Shown here piece by piece: positions 57,661 through 64,000 of a stretch of DNA of 64,000 nucleotides. Every line of letters starts with the position of its first letter. The stretch's first letter is position 1. A model generated the notes under the pieces. That model had not been told where the DNA came from, did not search any database, and saw nothing but the letters and a program-made list of their open reading frames with translations. Source of the stretch: Candidatus Microgenomates bacterium (GTDB lineage: Bacteria; Patescibacteriota; Microgenomatia; UBA8517). A program made the position numbers and the translations under genes. Location: assembly GCA_049519355.1 (NCBI GenBank), contig JBEKQV010000001.1, positions 150,408 to 214,407 of the forward strand, written 5' to 3'.

Positions 57661-58707
57661 TTATTGGGGCAAAAATTCTTTGACATTCGCTGAGGTAACG
57701 TGAACATTTTGTGCTTTACCTTCAACCAAACTCATTGCAACTTTCCTGACAACACCGTCGATATTTCGCTCTAAGGTACGTATTCCTGCATCGTACCCAA
57801 GCGGGCGGACTATATTTGCCCAAACATCATCATCAATAGTCAAACTGCCGGCGGGGAGTCCTGAACTTTTCATAGCGGTCGGGAGAATATATTTCTGCCC
57901 AATCACAATTTTTTCCTGGTCGGTATAGGAGGGCATTGAAATTGGTTCCAGTCTATCCATCACAGCCGTAGAAATATTTGTAGTGTTATTGGCGGTTGCA
58001 ATAAATAAAGTCTCCGAAAGGTCGAAGGGAAAATCAATGTAATGGTCCACAAAAGCATAATTCTGTTTGGGATCCAGTAGCTCCACCAAAACTCCCATAA
58101 TCGAACTCCTTCCTTGTTCGGTTACTCTATCTATTTCATCAAGAAGAATCACTGGATTTTTACTTTGAGTATCCCTTAGAGCTTTCATAACTTTTCCCGG
58201 CTCCGCCTCGGGGTGCATTCGGGATTGTCCCCTAAGATCCAGCGGATCTCCCATTCCTCCAAACGGAATTCTGGCAATAGGCCGGCCCAAGGCTTCAGCA
58301 ATTGAATAAGCGATGGTTGTTTTTCCGGTTCCAACCAAACCCACAAAACAAAGAATTGGGGCTCTATATATATCGGCAGTTTCCCCTTTTTCCTGTTTAA
58401 GTTTCATCACGCTCATATATTCCAAAACGCGGGTTTTAATTTCGGTAAGTCCGTAGTGGTGAATTTCCAAAATTTTCCTGGCGTTAGTTAGATCCAGAGT
58501 ATCCTGCGTTCTTTTGTTCCAAGGCAAAATTGTAATCCAATCGATATACTTCACCATGCTGTCAAACTCCGGCAAAAATGAAGGAGAATTTGTAAGTTTG
58601 GAAAGTTGTCCCAAGCGGACCAAAACAATCTCACGGAGTTTCTCCGGCAAATCGGCTTTTTTAATCCTATCAACTAAAACATTAATTTCCTGGGCAGCAG
58701 AATCCAT
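57661..58707 (-). CDS. Lon-type AAA+ ATPase module without N-domain or protease domain
   Basis: LPW, HYGL, PILCFVGLVGTGKT, NPVILLDEID, LLDPKQN, FVDHY, DRLE, GIRTLER. Confidence 0.85.
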   Translation of the reverse strand: MDSAAQEINVLVDRIKKADLPEKLREIVLVRLGQLSKLTNSPSFLPEFDSMVKYIDWITILPWNKRTQDTLDLTNARKILEIHHYGLTEIKTRVLEYMSVMKLKQEKGETADIYRAPILCFVGLVGTGKTTIAYSIAEALGRPIARIPFGGMGDPLDLRGQSRMHPEAEPGKVMKALRDTQSKNPVILLDEIDRVTEQGRSSIMGVLVELLDPKQNYAFVDHYIDFPFDLSETLFIATANNTTNISTAVMDRLEPISMPSYTDQEKIVIGQKYILPTAMKSSGLPAGSLTIDDDVWANIVRPLGYDAGIRTLERNIDGVVRKVAMSLVEGKAQNVHVTSANVKEFLPQ

Positions 58708-58735
58708 AAATCTAGTGTAGCACTAATGAATTATC

Positions 58736-59302
58736 TCACGAAGCGCTTTGGGTTTGCTCACTCGCCACAACAAAATTTGGTCTATTCTCAAATAGTCTCG
58801 CAGCTGCATTACAATTTTCAGCTATTCTGTCCCATATTTTAATTTGACCTTCCGCTGAAGCAGCAGCTGTTAAGGGATTTGAAAATACTCTAAATCCTTT
58901 TGTTTCACCCTCGGTACGTTGGTCGTCTGCCATTTTTTTCCAACCCGCGGCCTCTTTTCTGTAATATTCGATTGTCTTTGATATAGGCGCCTTGCCGGTA
59001 GCCCCTTGAAGAGCGTCGTGTATTCCCTCCCACAAATCGTACTCAACAATATAATCAGAATCTGACTCCGACAATCTCTGAGTAGCCTCCTCCCTATAAT
59101 AAGCTTCTTCCGCCCTCAACATTCCGACCACCATTTCAATGGTTATCTGTTCAGGAGAAACCTTACAAAAAGTATGCCATTCAATTTGAGAGGCGCGTTC
59201 CACTTGCTCCGAAGGATCTTTCAAAAAGGCATACTCGCGAGAAACAGCTTGCCTTATTTCTGCTACTGAAAGTTTTTGTTTAGGAGCTTCGCTCGATTCC
59301 AT
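58736..59302 (-). CDS. hypothetical protein (188 aa)
   Basis: ORF fills the pnp-lon gap; TGtTACTAT upstream; no recognised family. Confidence 0.7.
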   Translation of the reverse strand: MESSEAPKQKLSVAEIRQAVSREYAFLKDPSEQVERASQIEWHTFCKVSPEQITIEMVVGMLRAEEAYYREEATQRLSESDSDYIVEYDLWEGIHDALQGATGKAPISKTIEYYRKEAAGWKKMADDQRTEGETKGFRVFSNPLTAAASAEGQIKIWDRIAENCNAAARLFENRPNFVVASEQTQSAS

Positions 59303-59345
59303 AATTTTCTAATTGATAGTAACACAAATTGTCTTGTCAATGAAG

Positions 59346-61697
59346 TTATCTTCCGAAGCTATCTTTCTTGCTGTCATCAACTAATCTTGAAGTTGGGAAA
59401 TGGGGTCCGCCTGCTTCACCTCTATCGGTTCTTCCGGCTGAAAATCCGCCCCTGTCTCCGCCTCTACTGTAGCCACCTCGACTGCCACCGTACCCCCCTC
59501 TACTTGGTCCTCTTGAATATCCGCCTCTGCCTCCACCAAATCCGCCGCGTCCGCCACCATACCCACCCCGTCCTCCGCCAAATCCTCCTCTAGGCCTTTC
59601 TTCCCTAGGTTTATCCTGTGAGGCATCCATATTCATAGAAAGGTTGATTCTTCCCTGATCATCAATTTCCTTAACCCTAACCTGGACTTTTTGTCCGATT
59701 TTAACAACATCCCCCGCATCTCTGACAAATTCTTTTTGTCCCATATCACTGACATGGACCATTCCGTCTTTGCCCGGCAAGATATTTACAAATGCCCCGA
59801 AAGGCATAATTCTTACAACTTCTCCCTCGTAAATTTCGCCTGCTTTCACTTCTTTGGCAAAACCTTCAACATAAGTGACGGCTTGCTGCATCTTTTCCTC
59901 ATCGACTCCGGCAACACTTACTCCTCCATCATCATTAACATCAATTTGGGTTCCGGTATCGGCCATAAGTTTTTTAATATTCTTGCCGCTGGGACCGATA
60001 AATTCTCCGATTTTATCAACGGGGATTTTGACCATCTTAATCTTGGGTGCATATTGTGAAACAACTTTCCTGGGACTGGCAATTGTAGCCAAAATCTTTT
60101 TCATTATCTCGGCTCTAGCATCTTTAGCTTGATCAAGAGCTTTCTCCAAAATATTTGTGGTTAAACTAAGTGTTTTAACATCCATTTGAAGTGCAGTAAT
60201 TCCTTTTTCCGTTCCTGCAACTTTGAAGTCCATGTCGCCATTGAAATCCTCAATACCCATAAGATCGGTAAGAACCGCAAAGTTTTTCTCATCCTCAATA
60301 ATTAGTCCCATCGCAATTCCGGCAACGGGAGCCTTAATTGGAACCCCGGCATCCATTAATGAAAGAGTCGAACCGACTACTGATGCCATTGATGTAGAAC
60401 CGTTTGAACTCATTACTTCGGAAACAACGCGGATGGCATAAGGAAATTCTTCCTGGGAAGGAATAACCGGAACTAGTGCCCGCTCGGCAAGCATTCCGTG
60501 TCCGATTTCGCGCCTATTCGGAGAACCAACTCTTCCCGTTTCTCCTGTTGCGTAAGGAGGCATAGAATAGTGATGCATATAATGCTTTTCTTCCTCACCT
60601 TCGGCACTTTCGAGTAATTGTCCCAACGATTCAGCCCCTAGTGTGGCAACGGAAAGAACTTGAGTCTGTCCTCTACTAAAGAGGGCACTGCCGTGAGTTC
60701 TGGGCAAAATACCTACCTCGGCGGAGAGTTTTCTAAGTTCAGTTAACTTTCTTCCGTCGGGCCTAATTCCTTTTTTAAGAATCTGCTCGCGGATATAATC
60801 CTTCTTTAAATGATCAACTATATCCAAAACGAATTTCTTTTCCTCAATTTTTTCAAAATGATCTTTTATGGCTTCTATAAACTCTGCGTACTCATCTGAA
60901 GGACCTTCATGATTGGCCATGTTTTTAACAAGGCCGGCCATTTTATCTCCGACCAATTTTTTAACTTCACGCTCAAGCTCGACTGAAGGTTTTTCCTCTG
61001 TATAAACTTCACGCTCGACTCCGACTTCTTTAGCAAGATCCTCAATAAGTTTCAGGACTGCTTTGCTTTCTTTTTGTGCAAACTCAATTCCCTCAACAAT
61101 TTGCTTTTCGGTTACTTCCTTCGCTCCGGCCTCAACCATCAAAACCGCTTCTTTTGTTGCGGAAACGGTTAAGTCCATTTGGGAAGTTGATAATTCGGTT
61201 GTTGTTGGATTAATTACATACTTTTCGTCTTTTATTCCGACAGTCAGTGGTGCAACGGGACCTTTCCATGGAAGAAACGAGATATGAACGGCGGCGGATG
61301 CAGCAATTGCTCCCAAAATCTTGGGGTCGTTTTCGCCATCAACCGAAAGTACCATCACCATAACCTGGACTTCTTTTTTATAAGTCTTGGGGAAAAGGGG
61401 TCTGATAGATCTATCAATCAATCTTGCAGAAAGAACTTCCTCATCAGTCGGTCTGCCTTCGCGTTTTACCCAACGGCTTCCTTTAATACGTCCGCCGGCG
61501 TAAAGGCGCTCCTGATATTCAACGGTAAGAGGAAAATAATCCATCTCCATTTTAAGAGGAGCCGCGGTAACGGTTGCCAAAACCACAGTATCGCCCATCC
61601 TGGCTACAACGGCACCGGATGCCTGTTCCGCAAGTTCACCGGTGGTCAAAGTAAGAGTTCGGCCTCCCAGTTCTATGGATTTCTCGATTTTCTTCAT
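59346..61697 (-). CDS. pnp: polyribonucleotide nucleotidyltransferase with RGG-rich tail
   Basis: RLIDRSIRP, RREIGHG, SNGSTSMAS, GDMDFKVAG, KH and S1 domains. Confidence 0.98.
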   Translation of the reverse strand: MKKIEKSIELGGRTLTLTTGELAEQASGAVVARMGDTVVLATVTAAPLKMEMDYFPLTVEYQERLYAGGRIKGSRWVKREGRPTDEEVLSARLIDRSIRPLFPKTYKKEVQVMVMVLSVDGENDPKILGAIAASAAVHISFLPWKGPVAPLTVGIKDEKYVINPTTTELSTSQMDLTVSATKEAVLMVEAGAKEVTEKQIVEGIEFAQKESKAVLKLIEDLAKEVGVEREVYTEEKPSVELEREVKKLVGDKMAGLVKNMANHEGPSDEYAEFIEAIKDHFEKIEEKKFVLDIVDHLKKDYIREQILKKGIRPDGRKLTELRKLSAEVGILPRTHGSALFSRGQTQVLSVATLGAESLGQLLESAEGEEEKHYMHHYSMPPYATGETGRVGSPNRREIGHGMLAERALVPVIPSQEEFPYAIRVVSEVMSSNGSTSMASVVGSTLSLMDAGVPIKAPVAGIAMGLIIEDEKNFAVLTDLMGIEDFNGDMDFKVAGTEKGITALQMDVKTLSLTTNILEKALDQAKDARAEIMKKILATIASPRKVVSQYAPKIKMVKIPVDKIGEFIGPSGKNIKKLMADTGTQIDVNDDGGVSVAGVDEEKMQQAVTYVEGFAKEVKAGEIYEGEVVRIMPFGAFVNILPGKDGMVHVSDMGQKEFVRDAGDVVKIGQKVQVRVKEIDDQGRINLSMNMDASQDKPREERPRGGFGGGRGGYGGGRGGFGGGRGGYSRGPSRGGYGGSRGGYSRGGDRGGFSAGRTDRGEAGGPHFPTSRLVDDSKKDSFGR
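59420..59600 (-). repeat. low-complexity repeat encoding RGG(F/Y)GG units
   Basis: PRGGFGGGRGGYGGGRGGFGGGRGGYSRGPSRGGYGGSRGGYSRGGDRGGF. Confidence 0.85.
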
Positions 61698-61967
61698 TTA
61701 TTTTTCAAGTTTTAACTCTGCAAGGAGTTTTTTGTAGCGTTCTTCGTCGCGCCTATGCAAATAGCTTAGAAGCCTTCTTCTTTTAGCTACCATCGAAAGA
61801 AGTCCGCGACGCGAATGAACGTCTTTTTTATGTTCTTTAAGGTGTGCAACGAGTTTATCAATTTGAACCGAAAGAAGTGCGATCTGAACTTCGGGAGACC
61901 CCGTGTCGCCTTTTTCTCTTGCAAATTTTTTAATTACGTCGACTTTTTCGTCTTTGGCTAATGCCAT
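61698..61967 (-). CDS. rpsO: 30S ribosomal protein S15
   Basis: [24 protein letters not shown]. Confidence 0.98.
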   Translation of the reverse strand: MALAKDEKVDVIKKFAREKGDTGSPEVQIALLSVQIDKLVAHLKEHKKDVHSRRGLLSMVAKRRRLLSYLHRRDEERYKKLLAELKLEK

Positions 61968-62039
61968 ATTATTGTCATGTGGAGCAAAGTGAGGCGACCT
62001 CCCCGCCAGACCTTGCTAACATCTTTGGGAATAATATCA
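61968..62039 (-). promoter_or_regulatory. rpsO promoter and candidate S15 leader
   Basis: TGaTATTAT (62039-62031); stem AGCAAGGT/ACTTTGCT enclosing GAGG-tcg-CCTC. Confidence 0.55.
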
Positions 62040-62066
62040 CACTTTTTGTGGGTTTCCAAGAGGAAA

Positions 62067-63035
62067 TTAACCTTTGTTTTCACTAAAAGTAGTTGGTTGA
62101 TTTTGGCTGGAAGTGGCTCCTTTATAAATCTTGGGCTGTAACCAGTCGGAAGGAGGATTTACATCAGGATTCTCCTGTGTTGCCTCCGGAGCAACAGTTT
62201 CGGGTTGAGTTTCAATCTGGGCGGGAGGAGTAACGGGTTTTGGCATAGAAACAGGAACCTGGTTCCTCAAATTAAAGGGTCTTTTGGGAATTGCTCCCGG
62301 GGGAAAGTTTATTGGGCTAAGTTTAACTTTTGGCATGCGCTGGCCTCCGCTTCTAAGTAGGTATGCAAAAGTTTCAAAAGTTTCCGGTCTGACTTCTTGT
62401 GAGGCAAAATTGGAACTTCCCTCTTCAATTCCCATTACCAAATTTGTTGCAGTATCAACATCAATTGTAAAACCGTTTTCCCTGATAAGATTTGCAACCA
62501 GCTCGGAAACGGTAGCTCCGGGCAAGGCAAACGACATAACCTCATGCTTCGAGTCAAGAACTCGGGTTCCCACATGAGCAACCTTTGCTCCGGCTAGTCC
62601 TTCAGACAAAAGAACCGGGAAATGAGAATCATCCGCTCCTCCGACCAAAATCACAAGATCGGCGGAAACTCCCGAATAGCCGATCGCGATTTGGTCTTTT
62701 TGAGGAGCCATTTGCCCCGCTTTCGGGACTACTGTAAGCTTAAATTCGCCGTTATCAATATCGTAGCTGACTTTATCAATATTTGTGGCATCATAACCGG
62801 CAAACTTAATCATTAAATTCTTGTTGCCAATCTCAGTGGAAATTTTATTAACTCCTATCAAGCGGTTAAATCCTACCGTCATCGGGTTGGGACAAAAAAT
62901 GGCAACTTCTTTTCTATCGTGAATTGAGAGATAAAGAGAAAGTCCCGCAGCTACCTGATCAAAATAGGGGCGTGTAGGCAAAACAATAAGAATTGAGGAG
63001 GCAGAATCAACAAGGGATGCGAAGCTATTTTCCAT
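62067..63035 (-). CDS. degenerate DHH/NrnA-like protein with Pro-rich tail
   Basis: DHH-like layout (ILIVLP..D..AAGL, DLVILVG, SELVA, ATNL..GI...S.NF) without the DHH triad; tail ends PPSDWLQPKIYKG. Confidence 0.6.
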   Translation of the reverse strand: MENSFASLVDSASSILIVLPTRPYFDQVAAGLSLYLSIHDRKEVAIFCPNPMTVGFNRLIGVNKISTEIGNKNLMIKFAGYDATNIDKVSYDIDNGEFKLTVVPKAGQMAPQKDQIAIGYSGVSADLVILVGGADDSHFPVLLSEGLAGAKVAHVGTRVLDSKHEVMSFALPGATVSELVANLIRENGFTIDVDTATNLVMGIEEGSSNFASQEVRPETFETFAYLLRSGGQRMPKVKLSPINFPPGAIPKRPFNLRNQVPVSMPKPVTPPAQIETQPETVAPEATQENPDVNPPSDWLQPKIYKGATSSQNQPTTFSENKG

Positions 63036-63079
63036 TGCGCTCGGATAGTAGCACTTCTACCACTTAGAAATCAAGAGAA

Positions 63080-64000
63080 TTAAAATTCCAGCCATTTCCT
63101 TGTATCAAGCAGGGGAAAACAGTCGCCTTCAGGGATAAAAAACTTCTTAGTTTTTGGGTCCCAGACAACCGCGTCCGATGTTGCACGGTTATTTACCGAG
63201 CCTTTGTAAATATCGGCGTCTTGCTCTCTCGAGGACAAGAGTTTTTTAGCCTTATCAATATCGAGATACTTTTCGGGACTGCTATTTAATCTCTCAAACC
63301 TCTTAACCGGAGATGTATAGTCCTTGTCCGTCCGCCAATTTTTTACATAATAACGGTTCCTGTTGGCCTCCGACAAAAGGAAGTTTGTCACGATAAGCCT
63401 GCCATCCATTTCGGTAATAAACGAGCCTGAAGGAACCATGTCAATGCTTGCCGTATGGGCTACTGTGCCGTCAGAAACCAATGCAATAAAAGGGTGAATT
63501 GGACGGGCTTTCAAAAGATAGTCTACCGCAGCCTCAAAAGTTTTTTCCTTTTTAAAAAGTTCAAAAAGTACTGATTGAATTAAAGAGTTGGTCGGGTAAT
63601 TCTTTTTGGTTTCAAGTCCCCCATCGTTAAACCCGACAAAAATCGAACGGTTTAGAATGGCAAAATCGGAAACAATCTGGCCGGCAAAAGTTACAGTCTC
63701 CACTAAGTTCGAATCACCGATCCGGTAGTTCAAATATAAACGGGACTTGATAAGCTCCTTTGTAAAATAATCCACCTGAATAATGTCAGTGGTTTTTCCG
63801 ATAATTACATGTTCCCCATCTTTTTGCGGATAAACGAATGCCGAACAACCCAAAAACCTAAAAACACCATTAAATAGTGCGCCGAAATCATAAACAGAAT
63901 TCAGAAAATACAACCATATTTTGTTAACTCCGCTTCCTTCCGCCATACCGTCAATAACTTCCAAAAAATCCTTCCCAATCCGGTTTTTAAACGTCGCCCA
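63080..64000 (-). CDS. C45 family (Ntn-hydrolase) peptidase/acyltransferase, 5' end outside window
   Basis: Frame open to 64000; E..GMA.G, GCSAF nucleophile, GKTTD, VTNF, S..R..RL. Confidence 0.7.
   Translation of the reverse strand, partial: WATFKNRIGKDFLEVIDGMAEGSGVNKIWLYFLNSVYDFGALFNGVFRFLGCSAFVYPQKDGEHVIIGKTTDIIQVDYFTKELIKSRLYLNYRIGDSNLVETVTFAGQIVSDFAILNRSIFVGFNDGGLETKKNYPTNSLIQSVLFELFKKEKTFEAAVDYLLKARPIHPFIALVSDGTVAHTASIDMVPSGSFITEMDGRLIVTNFLLSEANRNRYYVKNWRTDKDYTSPVKRFERLNSSPEKYLDIDKAKKLLSSREQDADIYKGSVNNRATSDAVVWDPKTKKFFIPEGDCFPLLDTRKWLEF

Noticed and set aside
2362-62816. Many short antisense or alternate-frame ORFs within housekeeping genes
   Set aside because: Shadow ORFs of conserved genes with no motifs or independent expression signals.
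1-64000. CRISPR arrays, IS elements, inteins or introns (checked recA, rpoB, rpoC, fusA, tRNA), recoded stop codons
   Set aside because: No repeat-spacer periodicity or transposase; gene lengths are normal; TGA serves as stop (rplQ, map, rplW, ftsK), consistent with code 11.

Overview
A 64-kb core-genome segment of a Patescibacteria (CPR) bacterium, most likely from the Microgenomates group. The lineage is inferred from the absence of rpmD/L30 from the spc operon, truncated AlaS, Lon and RNase Y, and CPR-type baseplate-J and DHH-like proteins. Most genes are on the minus strand: rpoBC-str, S10-spc-alpha r-protein clusters, recA-recX-rny, pnp-rpsO, rnj, ftsK, alaS, mltG, a sortase, miaA, an ABC-2 exporter, a Mg2+ P-type ATPase, RNase P RNA and tRNA-Pro(GGG). 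No CRISPR array, integrase, transposase or intron was seen. Notable signals: (i) the only three genes where a clear Shine-Dalgarno was seen (630-767, 20969-21466, 33261-33488) are each enclosed by complementary 5'-UTR/3'-UTR segments followed immediately by a terminator, suggesting a closed-loop mRNA cassette; (ii) many genes, including fusA, alaS and lon, have TGnTAnnnT exactly 6 nt before the start codon, indicating leaderless mRNAs; (iii) both base-excision glycosylases (Nth and family-4 UDG) have no cysteine and so cannot bind their usual Fe-S cluster; (iv) RNase Y lacks its membrane anchor and has a structured leader, and PNPase has an RGG-rich tail; (v) a five-gene opposite-strand insert splits rplO from secY; (vi) candidate leader RNAs precede rplC, rpoB and rpsO.
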